Part shown: piece after piece, positions 28,586 through 38,584 of the stretch
How positions within the stretch are numbered: position 1 is the first letter of the stretch
How the letters are laid out: every line of letters starts with the position of its first letter
Assembly: GCA_046292385.1 (NCBI GenBank)
Contig: JBKBRF010000014.1
Location: forward strand, 79,066-143,065
DNA from: Armatimonadota bacterium
Lineage (GTDB): Bacteria; Armatimonadota; SYMT01
DNA length: 64,000 bases
Direction of reading: 5' to 3'
Translations under genes and position numbers: made by a program
Notes under the pieces: model-generated
The model's database searches: none
What the model was told of the DNA's origin: nothing
The model's input: the letters and a program-made list of their open reading frames with translations, nothing else

Positions 28586-30313
28586 TTACTCCGGCGGCTG
28601 CGATTCGTCCCGGTAGCGGTGCTGGCGGACGCCTTCGATGTAGAGGTCGACCTTCCGGTCCGGGAAGCCGAGGCGGTCGAGGCCCTGGCGGATCATCTCG
28701 GTACCGGCCTCGAACTCCGCGTGAATCACGGCGTCCGCGCCCGCCGCGCGGACGCGGGGGATGTCGACGCCCCGGTGAACGCGCGCCACGATCTCCAACC
28801 GAGGCGCGAGCCGCCGGAGCATGCGCACGGCGATGCCGGTCATCGCCGCTTCCGGGAGCGTTACGATCGCCAGCTTCGCCTCGTCCGGACGCGCCTTTTC
28901 GAGCACCACTTCGGAGGTGGCGTCGCCGTAAACGATCGGCACGCCCAGCTTCCGCAGGCGGTTCACCGCGTTCGCCTCGTAGTCGACCACCACGTGGGGC
29001 ACTTCCATCGCGCGGAGGCTATCGGAGACGTACCGGCCTACCCGGCCGCAGCCGAGGATGACGACCTGCGGCTGGATGTCGAGCGGGGTCTCCGCGTCCA
29101 TCTCCGGCACGGGGCGGTTCAGGAGCCGGGAGAGCCGCGGGATGCGATTGAGCCGATGGTACAGCCGGTCCGCGTTGCCGAAGACGAACGGGGTGAGCAA
29201 GATGGAGACGAGGGCGCCGGAGAGCAGCACGCCGGAGATCTCCTCCGGGATCAGCTCGCGCCGGATGCCGATGGTGGCGAGGACGACGGAGAACTCCCCG
29301 ATCTGCGCCAGCCCCAGGCCGGAGAGCACGGCAGTGCGTCCATGGGCTCCCGCCAGCCAGACCGCGGCCCCGGCGATCAACCCCTTGCCGACCACCACGG
29401 CGAGCACGACCAGCAGCACCGCCGGCCAGTTCTGCATCACCCAGATCGGGTTGAGGAGCATCCCGACCGAGACGAAGAAAAGCGAGGCGAACACGTCCCG
29501 CAGCGGCCGCACCTGGTTGAAGACTTCGTGGGCGTAGTCGCTCTCGGAGACCACCATTCCGGCGAGGAACGCGCCCAGCTCCAGCGAGAGGCCGCCGAGG
29601 CGTGCGAGGTACGCCGCGGCGAGGCAGACGCAGACCACCACCAGCAGGAACAGCTCCTGGGAGCCGGTGCGGGCCACCCGGTCGAGCAGCGCGGGAACGC
29701 CGCGCACCGCCAGCGCCAGCGCGATCCCCACCGACGCGGCCGCCTGGAGCAGCGACCCCGCCACGGTTCCGAGCGCTCCCATCCCGCCGGCGGAGATGCT
29801 GGCGAGGGCGGGGAGCAGCACGACCATGACGACGACCGCGAGGTCCTGCACCACCAGGATGCTCATCATCGCGGTGCCGTGAGCGGTCCCCAGCTCGCCC
29901 CGCTCCTCCAGCATGCGCATCATCACCGCGGTGGAGGAGAGCGCCAGGGCGGAGCCGAGGAAGATCCCTCCGTAGAAACCCCAGCCGAGCGCGATGCCCA
30001 GCGCCAGGCCCAGCAGGATGGTCCCGCCGATCTGCACCCCGCCCCCCAGCAGCGCGGTGCGGCGCGCGGCGGCGAGCTGCCCCAGGGAGAGGTGCGTGCC
30101 GACGGCGAACATCAGCAGCGTAACGCCGAGCTCCGCGACGGGCTGCACCGACTCCCCCGCCGCCACGAAGCCGGGCGTATGGGGACTGAGGACCACGCCC
30201 GCCAGGAGGTAGCCGACGAGGAGCGGGAGGCGCAGCAGACGGGCCACCATCCCTCCGGCGACGGCGCCCAGTAGTGCCAGGCCCAGATCGGTTAAGAAAT
30301 CGTGTGGGTGCAA
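28586..30313 (-). CDS. CPA2 family cation:proton antiporter with TrkA-N domain (YbaL/KefC-like)
   Basis: VGYLLAG, ALSSTA, QDL, LGAFLAG, FFVSVGM, GCGRVG, YGDAT. Confidence 0.92.
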   Translation of the reverse strand: MHPHDFLTDLGLALLGAVAGGMVARLLRLPLLVGYLLAGVVLSPHTPGFVAAGESVQPVAELGVTLLMFAVGTHLSLGQLAAARRTALLGGGVQIGGTILLGLALGIALGWGFYGGIFLGSALALSSTAVMMRMLEERGELGTAHGTAMMSILVVQDLAVVVMVVLLPALASISAGGMGALGTVAGSLLQAAASVGIALALAVRGVPALLDRVARTGSQELFLLVVVCVCLAAAYLARLGGLSLELGAFLAGMVVSESDYAHEVFNQVRPLRDVFASLFFVSVGMLLNPIWVMQNWPAVLLVVLAVVVGKGLIAGAAVWLAGAHGRTAVLSGLGLAQIGEFSVVLATIGIRRELIPEEISGVLLSGALVSILLTPFVFGNADRLYHRLNRIPRLSRLLNRPVPEMDAETPLDIQPQVVILGCGRVGRYVSDSLRAMEVPHVVVDYEANAVNRLRKLGVPIVYGDATSEVVLEKARPDEAKLAIVTLPEAAMTGIAVRMLRRLAPRLEIVARVHRGVDIPRVRAAGADAVIHAEFEAGTEMIRQGLDRLGFPDRKVDLYIEGVRQHRYRDESQPPE

Positions 30314-30501
30314 ACGAGCCGTCTCTGTGCCGTCGGGTTATCTGGGCAGTCGTGCCGGAAGAAAGCAAGGAACCGCCGGCCTGCCGCAGCCAGCCGGTTC
30401 GGGTCGCGCCGCGGCAGGCGCAGTTGCGGAAAGTCCTTTCTAGTATAGGGGGTGACGCCTCTCCGACAAAGAGCGGCGACAGCGAAACGCTCCCGGTCGA
30501 C

Positions 30502-31449
30502 TCAGCCTTTCGGGAGGTCGTCCGGCGAGAGGCGGGCATATCGGATCCGCTCCCGCCGCCAGGTGTAGGTGACGTGGACCGTGCCGTCCGCGCCCTGAAT
30601 CACCGCGGGGTAGGAGTACTCGCCCGGCTCCGTCTCCAGGACGGGACCCGGAGTCCAGGTGCGACCCATGTCCCGGCTGACCGCCAGGTTCAGCGGCGTA
30701 CGGGCGGACCGGGTGTGGTTGTAAACCAGGACAACCCGCCCGTCCCGCAGCCGGACGGCGTCGAGCCCGCTGTTGTTCTGCGGGAGATCGATGGGGGAGA
30801 GGTCGGTCCAGGTGCGGCCGCCATCCCGGGAGGTGGCCCGCGCCATCTGGTGGAGATCTCGCGTCCGCACCAGCATCGCGAGGGAGCCGTCGCGCGTGCC
30901 GAAGACCGTCGGCTGGATCGTCCCGTAGAGGTGGCCCGGCACGTTGATCGGGCCGTGCTTGGTCCAGCTCCGCCCGGCATCCGGAGTGCGCTCCACCCAG
31001 CAGCCCCAGGCCCCGTAGCTCTCCACGCTGCTGCCGCAGACCAGGGTGCCGTTCTCCAGCTCGAACGGCTTGTTCTTGATCGGCCCGAGCACGCCGGCCG
31101 GGAGCATCTCCGGGTCCGACCAGGTGCGTCCGCCGTCCTCGGACCGCTTCAGCAGGGTGGTCCAGGTCTGCGGGCTGGGGCCGATCCGGTAGAAGAGCAG
31201 CAGGGGGCCCCGGCGGAGCTGGTGGAGCACCGGATTCCAGCACGGCACGCCGCCGCCCGCCGCCACCCGCGCCGGTTCCGTCCAGCCGCCCTCGCCGCGG
31301 CGGGAGAGCCACACCGTTACGTCCGGCTCTCCTTCGTCGGAACCGCCGAACCACGCGGCCAGCAGCTCGCCGCGCGAGGTCTCGACGACGGTCGACGCAT
31401 GGCACGACGGAAAGGGGGCTCGCTCGTAAATGAATTCTTGTTTCAGCAT
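30502..31449 (-). CDS. BNR-repeat sialidase-like protein
   Basis: SCHASTVVE, AWFGGSDEG, Asp-boxes SEDGGRTW/SRDGGRTW/SRDMGRTW, EYSYP. Confidence 0.85.
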   Translation of the reverse strand: MLKQEFIYERAPFPSCHASTVVETSRGELLAAWFGGSDEGEPDVTVWLSRRGEGGWTEPARVAAGGGVPCWNPVLHQLRRGPLLLFYRIGPSPQTWTTLLKRSEDGGRTWSDPEMLPAGVLGPIKNKPFELENGTLVCGSSVESYGAWGCWVERTPDAGRSWTKHGPINVPGHLYGTIQPTVFGTRDGSLAMLVRTRDLHQMARATSRDGGRTWTDLSPIDLPQNNSGLDAVRLRDGRVVLVYNHTRSARTPLNLAVSRDMGRTWTPGPVLETEPGEYSYPAVIQGADGTVHVTYTWRRERIRYARLSPDDLPKG

Positions 31450-31682
31450 CGTACGGGGCTCCTGATAGCTCGTATGATGTTGTACCGCGTGCGCGCTGGG
31501 AACCTTCGTCCGGCCCGGTCGTCATTCCATCAGGAGAGCGACCCGGTGCTCGCCCGCTGGTCAAGCACCAGTCCCTCCGGCGCCGTAACCCGGCGGCCGT
31601 CAGGTCGTTCCAAAGGAGGTCCGGCGCGGTTCTGCCATCGCCGTTTCGCAACACCACTGGAACGGCCCGCTCAGGCACGGCA

Positions 31683-31691
31683 TGCTATAAT
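31683..31691 (+). promoter_or_regulatory. Extended -10 promoter element upstream of pilT/U
   Basis: TGCTATAAT is a perfect TGnTATAAT in GC-rich DNA, 34 nt before the ATG. Confidence 0.65.
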
Positions 31692-31725
31692 CTGCGGCGT
31701 CATCGCCACTTTTCCGCTTTTCAAG

Positions 31726-32859
31726 ATGGTCAACATTCACGAACTACTGGAGCTCGCGATTCGTCATCGCGCTTCCGATCTGTTGCTCAAGGCGGGATCT
31801 CCGCCCGCGCTCCGCATCGACGGAACCGTCGTCAGCACCAAGATCCCGGCGCTCGAATCGGCGGCGATGGACGAGCTGGCGCAGTCGATCATCTTCAGCG
31901 CCAGCCGGGACGCCCTGCTCCGCTTCTCCGGGCCCGGAGGGGAGGGGAAAGAGATCCCGAACCTCGCCGAGGAGCAGATGCAGGCGCTGGCGGAGCAGGA
32001 GGAGGTGGACCTGGTCTTCACCATTCCGAACATGGTCCGGGTCCGCGCCAACCTCTTCCTGCAGCAGGGAACGGTGGCGGCGGCGCTCCGGATCATCCCG
32101 CTGCGGCCGTTCTCCGTGGAAGAGCTGAACCTGCCGCCGGTGCTGCGGGAGATCGCGGACGCGCGCCAGGGGCTGATCCTGGTGACGGGACCGACCGGCA
32201 GCGGAAAATCGACCACGCTCGCGGCGCTGGTGGAGCATATCAACACCACCCGGCACGGAAACATCATCACCATCGAAGACCCGATCGAGTATGTCTTCGA
32301 GGACAAGCACTGCGTGATCTACCAGCGCGAAGTGGGTCGGGATACCCGCTCCTTCTCCGCGGGCCTGCGCAGCGTGCTGCGGCAGTCGCCGGACGTGATC
32401 ATGCTGGGTGAGATGCGGGACGCGGAGACGATGGCGGTCGCCCTCGGCGCGGCGGAGATGGGGCACCTGATCCTCTCCTCCATCCACACCACCTCCGCGC
32501 CGGCGACGGTCGACCGCATCGTGAACGCCTTCCAGCCCCACGAGCGCGCCCAGATCCGCTCCCAGCTCGCCAGCGTGCTGACCGGCGTGGTGAGCCAGCG
32601 CCTCCTCCGCCGCGTGAACGGCCCGGGCCGCGTCCCCGCCGTGGAGATCATGATCAACACGCCGAGCGTCCGGAAGTTCATCGAGGAAGGCAACGGCCAC
32701 GAGCTCTACAACACGATCCGCGATGGGCGCCACTTCGGCATGAACACGATGAACCAGTCGCTGGAGCGGCTCGTGAACGCCAAGCTGATCAGCACCGAGG
32801 ACGCGCTGAACAACGCCGGCAACATCCAGGAGCTCCGCCAGCTGCTCCGGCAGGGGTAG
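31726..32859 (+). CDS. PilT/PilU family type IV pilus ATPase
   Basis: ASDLLL, GPTGSGKSTT, TIEDPIE, LRQSPDVIMLGEMRD, His box GHLILSSIH. Confidence 0.92.
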   Translation: MVNIHELLELAIRHRASDLLLKAGSPPALRIDGTVVSTKIPALESAAMDELAQSIIFSASRDALLRFSGPGGEGKEIPNLAEEQMQALAEQEEVDLVFTIPNMVRVRANLFLQQGTVAAALRIIPLRPFSVEELNLPPVLREIADARQGLILVTGPTGSGKSTTLAALVEHINTTRHGNIITIEDPIEYVFEDKHCVIYQREVGRDTRSFSAGLRSVLRQSPDVIMLGEMRDAETMAVALGAAEMGHLILSSIHTTSAPATVDRIVNAFQPHERAQIRSQLASVLTGVVSQRLLRRVNGPGRVPAVEIMINTPSVRKFIEEGNGHELYNTIRDGRHFGMNTMNQSLERLVNAKLISTEDALNNAGNIQELRQLLRQG

Positions 32860-33104
32860 CCCGGGAGGTCTTCCGAACCTGAAAGGGGATGGGGAGATTT
32901 GCCCAGGGGATGGGGAGATGCCGAACCTTCTCCCGCCCCGCGCTCGTCTCTCACTTCGGGTGACTTCGCCGGCAGGTGCGCTCTTCCGGCGCGTGCTCCA
33001 CTTCACGCTCTGCCTTCTGAGTAGGAGAAAGAGTAGGAGTAGGAGTAAGAGAGCTTGCCGTCGAAGGGCTACACCCTAGACCCTGGCCCCTATACCCTTT
33101 CCGA

Positions 33105-33989
33105 ATGCCCGCCACCACCTCACTTCTGGAGCCGGAGTTCCTGCGCAAGCTGGAGCAGCTCTCGATCGTCAGCAAGAAGGTCTTTACGGGCCAGCTCAAG
33201 GGCGAGCGGCGCAGCGCGCGGCGCGGCACCTCGGTGGAGTTCGCTGACTACCGCAACTACACGCTCGGCGACGACCCGCGCTACATCGACTGGAACACCT
33301 TCGCTCGGTTGGAGAAGCTGTTCCTCAAGCTGTTCGTGGAGGAGGAAGACCTCCACGTCTACCTGCTGGTCGACGGCTCCCAGAGCATGCTCTACGGGTC
33401 GCCGAGCAAGTTCGACTACGCTCGCCGCGTCGCCGCCGCGCTGGGGTATATCGGGCTCACCAATTACGATCGGGTCGGCGCGACCGTCTTCAACGACCGC
33501 ATGCGGGCCCACCTGCCGCCGGTGCGGGGCCGGCAGCAGGTCTTCCCCTATTTCAACTTCCTCGAGAGGGCGGAGGCGGGCGGGCAGACCTCCCTCGCCG
33601 CCTCCCTCAAGGAGTACGCGCTCCGCACTCGCCGCCCCGGCGTGCTGATCCTGATCAGCGACTTCTTCGACCCGGAGTGGGAGACCGGCCTCAAGGCGCT
33701 GCTCCACCGCCGGTTCCAGGTGACCGCCATCCAGGTGCTCGACCGCACCGAGGTCCGGCCGGACTACGTGGGCGACCTGAAACTGGTCGACTCCGAGACC
33801 GGCGAGGAGCGGGAGATCACCATCAGCGCCGGGCTCCTGAAGGAGTACCAGCGGCACGTGGACCAGTTCTGCGGCGGGATCCAGGAAGTCTGCCGCCGCT
33901 ACGGCGCCGACTACCTCCAGGCGATCACCGACCAGCCGTTCGAAGACCTGATCCTCCGCTGGCTCCGCTCCGCCGGCCTGGTGCGCTGA
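33105..33989 (+). CDS. DUF58 family vWA-domain protein
   Basis: GTSVEFADYRNY..GDD.RYIDW, DGSQSM MIDAS, ISDF. Confidence 0.9.
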   Translation: MPATTSLLEPEFLRKLEQLSIVSKKVFTGQLKGERRSARRGTSVEFADYRNYTLGDDPRYIDWNTFARLEKLFLKLFVEEEDLHVYLLVDGSQSMLYGSPSKFDYARRVAAALGYIGLTNYDRVGATVFNDRMRAHLPPVRGRQQVFPYFNFLERAEAGGQTSLAASLKEYALRTRRPGVLILISDFFDPEWETGLKALLHRRFQVTAIQVLDRTEVRPDYVGDLKLVDSETGEEREITISAGLLKEYQRHVDQFCGGIQEVCRRYGADYLQAITDQPFEDLILRWLRSAGLVR

Positions 33990-34186
33990 GGGCTCATTGT
34001 ACGGGCGGTTGAAACCGCGGCAACAACGGCACGAAGTTTTATCCCCCGGATGGGGGACCCCCTACGGGGACTCACACGGCCTGGTTCGGGCGTCCGGAGG
34101 ACGCGTGGCCGGAGGCCGAACAGCGAGGTATTTCAATGCCTCGCGGACTTCTCGTCCGTCAATGCAGCGGCACTCCGGCGTACCCC

Positions 34187-35176
34187 TCAGCAAACCGCCG
34201 GGTCGAGGACGCTCACGCTCTTCCGGTCCGCGTCGAGGCGCACGCGCACGCCCATCGGGAGGGTGATCGGGCTAGGGTCGTGGCCCACCGGCCAGGCGTG
34301 GACCAGCGGCTTGCCGAGCGGTACCAGCAGGTCCTGGTAGATCTGCGGGATCGGCAGGTAGTGGTCGTGGTCGTCGCCGTCGTACGGCGTGTTGCCGATC
34401 AGGAACCCGGCCGCCCGGTCGAGCTTTCCCGCCAGCAGGAGCTGCATCAGGTAGCGCTCCACCCGCGCGGGCGACTCGTGCACGTCTTCCAGGAAGAGGA
34501 TGCAGTCGTCGGTATCGATCTCGTACGGCGTGCCGAGGGTCGGGACGATGAGCGAGAGGGTCCCGCCGACACAGCGGCCTTCCGCCACGCCGCCGACCAG
34601 CGTCTCCGCGTCCGAGCAGCGGCAGTCGAGCAGCTCGCCGGCCGGCTCCGGGCTGCAGACGGTCCGCCACAGGATTTCGAGGCATCCCTCGGAGGGGGAG
34701 TGGGCGAAGTCGGAGGCGACCATCGGCGCGAAGAAGCTGACGAGCCCGCTCCGCTTCAGCATTGCCAGCTCCAGGATCGTGATGTCGCTGTAGCCCAGGA
34801 ACGGCTTGGGATTGGCGCGGATCAGCTCCCAGTCGAGGTGCGGCAACAGCCGGATCGCCCCGCTGCCGCCGCGGGCGCAAAGGATCGCGTCAACGTCGTC
34901 CCGGACGAACATCTCGTGGAGGTCCGCGGCGCGCGCCTCGTCCGGGCCGGCCAGGTGACCGTAGGTGGAGAGCACGTGCCGTCCCAGCTCGATCCGGTAG
35001 CCGTGACGTCGCAGCTCGTTCAGGCCCTTTTCGAAATGCTCCGGGTTGACCGGGCTGGCGGGGGCGACGATCCCGAGGGTGCCGCCCGGCGGCAGCGCGC
35101 GGGGCAGGAGGAGCTCGCCCGCGGGCGGCGTGTAGGTTGGCAGAGATGGAGTTAGTAGCGTGCTCACTTGAATCAT
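34187..35176 (-). CDS. LD-carboxypeptidase (peptidase S66)
   Basis: IVAPAS, ARGGSG, LGYSDIT, LFLEDV, VGH. Confidence 0.9.
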   Translation of the reverse strand: MIQVSTLLTPSLPTYTPPAGELLLPRALPPGGTLGIVAPASPVNPEHFEKGLNELRRHGYRIELGRHVLSTYGHLAGPDEARAADLHEMFVRDDVDAILCARGGSGAIRLLPHLDWELIRANPKPFLGYSDITILELAMLKRSGLVSFFAPMVASDFAHSPSEGCLEILWRTVCSPEPAGELLDCRCSDAETLVGGVAEGRCVGGTLSLIVPTLGTPYEIDTDDCILFLEDVHESPARVERYLMQLLLAGKLDRAAGFLIGNTPYDGDDHDHYLPIPQIYQDLLVPLGKPLVHAWPVGHDPSPITLPMGVRVRLDADRKSVSVLDPAVC

Positions 35177-35200
35177 GTCGGCTGATGGGTGCTCCCCGGT

Positions 35201-36541
35201 TCAGCCCGTCGATACACCGTCAATCGGACGAATCCGTACTTCCTCGAGACCCAGGGCAGTCACGGCGCCCACGCAGAGCACCGCGCTGCCGATCACGAAC
35301 GCCGCCTCGAAGCCCCAGAGCTGCGCGATCCCGCCGAGCAGCAGGGGAGCCGGGGCGGTAACGAGCTGGACCGCGTTCACCGCGCCCAGCGCCATGGCGT
35401 GGTCGTGCTGCGGCACCACCTCCAGCAGGTAGTTGACCAGGAGCTGGTAGACCGGAAACCGCGCGCCGATCAGCACGTAGACCCCCAGGTACCAGGCCCA
35501 GTGCCCTCGGAACGGCGCCATGCCCCCCAGCACGAGTGCCGCGATCGGCACCACCGCCTCGATCCAGAGCAGTCCGCAGATGATCTTGCGGTTGCCGCGG
35601 CGGTCGGCCGCGCGGCCCATCACGTTGCTGGAGAGCGACTGCCAGAAGACCTGCAGCACGGTGGCGAGCAGCAGCGCCTGCGGCAGCGCGGCGACGCTGA
35701 CGGAGCCCGACTCTCGCCAGTAGGCCGTGTAGAACTGCAGCATGCTGCCGCCGATGCCGACGGCGATGTTCACCACCATCAGCCGCGCCAGGTTCGAGTT
35801 GGCGCGCCCCAGCTTGACGAAGTGCCGCAGGTTCTTGCTCACCGAGAAGCTGCGCGCGGCCGGCTCGCTCGGCTCTTCCCGGATCCAGAGCAGCGAGAGC
35901 CCGGCCGCCACGAAGAGGCCCGAGGTGAGCGTGAAGGAGAGCGCGTAGTTGAGCGGCTCCGGAAACCCTTTGCTCTGGACCGCCCAGTAGACCAGCAGGA
36001 TCGCGAAGACGTTGATGGCGCCGGACAGCCCCATCCCCACGGCCATGGCGCGGCCGCGGTGACCCGCCGGGATCACTTTACCGAGCAGGGCTCCCTGTGC
36101 CACGGAGCTGGCACCGAGCAGGAGGAAGAAGAGCGTATAGCACGCGCCGAAGACCCAGAGGGCGGTCTTCTGGTTGCGCGCGGACGGCAGCCAGAGATAG
36201 AGGGTGAGCCCGATCCAGGAGACGACTGCCCCGCCCCAGAAGAAGAGCAGCGCGCCCCGCTTCTGCCGGAAGCGGTCGACTACCGGCGCGGCCACCAGCG
36301 GGGAGAGGTTCCGACCCACGTTGTTGCAGGTGGTGAAGATCCCCATCACGGTGGGTGACCCGGTGAGGTAGGTCACCACCCCCGCCATGAGGGTGCTCTC
36401 CATCTTGAATTGCCAGCCGATGCGGTAGAAGAACTGGTACGCGACCCACGCCCAGAAGTTGCGGGGATCGAGCGCGGGCTCGGCCGGCAGGCGCTCCGGG
36501 GAGGCGCCCTCCTCGGAGGCGGGGGTGCGGACAGACTGCAT
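35201..36541 (-). CDS. MFS transporter
   Basis: About 12 TM segments; motif A-like VDRFRQKR and GRAADRRGNR. Confidence 0.85.
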   Translation of the reverse strand: MQSVRTPASEEGASPERLPAEPALDPRNFWAWVAYQFFYRIGWQFKMESTLMAGVVTYLTGSPTVMGIFTTCNNVGRNLSPLVAAPVVDRFRQKRGALLFFWGGAVVSWIGLTLYLWLPSARNQKTALWVFGACYTLFFLLLGASSVAQGALLGKVIPAGHRGRAMAVGMGLSGAINVFAILLVYWAVQSKGFPEPLNYALSFTLTSGLFVAAGLSLLWIREEPSEPAARSFSVSKNLRHFVKLGRANSNLARLMVVNIAVGIGGSMLQFYTAYWRESGSVSVAALPQALLLATVLQVFWQSLSSNVMGRAADRRGNRKIICGLLWIEAVVPIAALVLGGMAPFRGHWAWYLGVYVLIGARFPVYQLLVNYLLEVVPQHDHAMALGAVNAVQLVTAPAPLLLGGIAQLWGFEAAFVIGSAVLCVGAVTALGLEEVRIRPIDGVSTG

Positions 36542-36579
36542 GGATTCAGCCTATCGCATCCGGAGGATTCCGAACCGTG

Positions 36580-36611
36580 ATTCACCGCCGAGACGCGGAG
36601 AGCGCGGAGAG
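36580..36611 (+). repeat. Lone arm of the CACCGCnGAGACGCGGAG 9-mer family
   Basis: ttcaccgccgagacgcggagagcgcggagag resembles 56120-56152. Confidence 0.6.
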
Positions 36612-36833
36612 GGCACGGTCCGCGCACTGCGGGTGGAGTAGGTGGAGGGCCACACTGGACGGCGTTCCGGACGCCGTGCTAGAGTTAGCGCGATGAACGG
36701 ACGCTTCCAGCACCAGCACGCGCAGATCGGCCACCGTCACGGCTGGCCGCGGTCCGCGCGCGTCCGGTAGAAGCCCGGCAGATTTCCAGCGCGAGACCCG
36801 CGGCGCCCCGGATGGGCGGCCGCGGTATTTTTT

Positions 36834-36985
36834 CGTATTCCGTGTCGCGTATTGCGTAGCGGCGGGTCGCGCTCGCTTTCCGCGAAATCCTGCCGGGCGA
36901 AATGTCTGCGGGAGCGCATCGCCCGGCACGATCTTCCGCAAAGCGAGAGAAGCGCTTCGTTACGCAATACGCGATACGGAATACG
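36834..36985. repeat. Paired inverted heptamer arrays (CGTATTG/CAATACG family)
   Basis: 36834-36858 vs revcomp 36961-36985: 24/25 identical. Confidence 0.85.
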
Positions 36986-37039
36986 TCTCCCACCAGAAGC
37001 AAGCTCACCCCCGCCGACAGCCAGGGCAACCGAGAGAAG

Positions 37040-38308
37040 ATGAAATACCAATCGCCGACCGGCATGCACGACATCCTTCCGGAGCAGGCGCCGAAGTGGC
37101 GCTTCCTGGAGGGGACCTTCCGCCGCACCTGCGCCGACTTCGGCTACGAAGAGATCCGGACGCCGATGATGGAGCAGCCGGAGCTGTTCGTGCGCGCGGT
37201 GGGGGAGCATACGGACATCGTCTCGAAGGAGATGTATACCGTCACGGCAGGCGGCAAGGGCGACGGGGAGCGGGAGACGTTCACCCTCCGGCCGGAGGGG
37301 ACCGCGCCCGCCCTGCGCGCGTACATCCAGCACAGCCTGGGCGCGAAGTCGCCGCTGACGAAGCTCTACTACATCGCGCCGAACTTTCGCCACGAGCGCC
37401 CGCAGGCGGGCCGGCTGCGGCAGCACCATCAGACCGGTATCGAGGCGCTCGGCAGCGAGGATCCGGCGCTCGACGCGGAGGTGATCCTGCTCGGGCTCAC
37501 CTACCTACACCGCGCCGGCATCCGCGGCGAGACGACGCAGATCAACTCGGTCGGCTGCCCGGAGTGCCGCCCCGCCTACCGCGACGCCCTGCGCGCCGCG
37601 CTGCGGGACCGGCTGCCGGAGCTGTGCGGCAACTGCCAGCGCCGCTACGAGACGAACCCGCTGCGGGTGCTCGACTGCAAGGTGGAGGACTGGGCGAAGC
37701 TGGAGGCGGTGGTGCCGGACATCGTCGACCACCTCTGCGAGCCGTGCGGGACTCACTTCGCGCAGGTGCAGCAGGTGCTGACGGCGCTCGGCGTGGAGTA
37801 CGTCCGCAACAAGCGGCTGGTGCGCGGGCTCGACTACTACGTGCGGACCAGCTTCGAGATCACGCACGACGGCCTGGGGGCGCAGTCGACCATCCTCGGC
37901 GGCGGCCGGTACGACCGGCTGGTCGAGGAGCTCGGCGGCTCGCCGACGCCCGGCATCGGGTTCGGCTGCGGGATCGAGCGGGTGCTGCTGGCGTGCGAGT
38001 CGCTCGGGGTGGAGTTCCCGGTGGAGCAGCAGCGGCCGGTGTTCGTCGTCACCCTGGGCGAGGCGGCGCGCCTTCCCGGTCTCAAGCTGTTGAACGACCT
38101 GCGACAGGCGGGCATCCCGGCGCAGATCGACTACCAGGGCCGCAGCATGAAGGCGCAGATGCGCGCCGCCAACCGCGCGAATGCCCGCACGGCGCTGATC
38201 CTGGGCGAGGACGAGGTGGCGAACGGGGTGGTCGGCTTCAAGGACATGGAAGCGGGCGGTCAGGAGACGATCCGGGTGGATGAGGCGCTCACCCGCCTAC
38301 GGAGTTAG
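37040..38308 (+). CDS. hisS: Histidine--tRNA ligase
   Basis: KEMY, LRPEGTA, FRHERPQAGR, LVRGLDYY, GGGRYD, GFGCGIER. Confidence 0.97.
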   Translation: MKYQSPTGMHDILPEQAPKWRFLEGTFRRTCADFGYEEIRTPMMEQPELFVRAVGEHTDIVSKEMYTVTAGGKGDGERETFTLRPEGTAPALRAYIQHSLGAKSPLTKLYYIAPNFRHERPQAGRLRQHHQTGIEALGSEDPALDAEVILLGLTYLHRAGIRGETTQINSVGCPECRPAYRDALRAALRDRLPELCGNCQRRYETNPLRVLDCKVEDWAKLEAVVPDIVDHLCEPCGTHFAQVQQVLTALGVEYVRNKRLVRGLDYYVRTSFEITHDGLGAQSTILGGGRYDRLVEELGGSPTPGIGFGCGIERVLLACESLGVEFPVEQQRPVFVVTLGEAARLPGLKLLNDLRQAGIPAQIDYQGRSMKAQMRAANRANARTALILGEDEVANGVVGFKDMEAGGQETIRVDEALTRLRS

Positions 38309-38370
38309 GATCCGTGGTCGCGGGTGCCGCCGGAAGTCGCTGCTCGTGCTCGCCATCGACTCCCGCTCAC

Positions 38371-38490
38371 GGGGCCTCACCCTCGGTCCCTCTCCTGGGA
38401 GGAGAGGGAAGCTATCGGTGTGATGCTGCTGCTCCCCCCTTCCTTTTAGGGAAGGCTGATCCCCCGAACGGGGGAGGGTAGCGGGGATCG
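38371..38490. repeat. REP-like palindromes (CCCTCTCC..GGAGAGGG type)
   Basis: ccctctcctgggaggagaggg and cccccttccttttagggaagg. Confidence 0.5.
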
Positions 38491-38584
38491 GCCGCGCCGG
38501 AGTGCCGACCCTACGCTCTCCCGGCCGCGTTGACCCTTCCTGGCAGAGTTCGGAAGGAGAGCGGGTGTGCTGCCCTCGGAGCGA

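Noticed and set aside
26984..30274. 1096-aa plus-strand ORF (and similar long ORFs such as 43298-47392, 42970-45285, 58343-60373)
   Set aside because: Antisense shadows of well-supported genes, expected in GC-rich DNA with few stop codons
33105..33989. DUF58 without MoxR as a distinct system
   Set aside because: Operon scattering is common in this window; partners are probably elsewhere in the genome
36545..37039. T-box leader upstream of hisS
   Set aside because: No GGTGGnACC T-box sequence or terminator seen; the region is occupied by repeat arms
37555..37750. Cys-rich segment of HisRS as a novelty
   Set aside because: CxxC-rich insertion domains are common in bacterial HisRS
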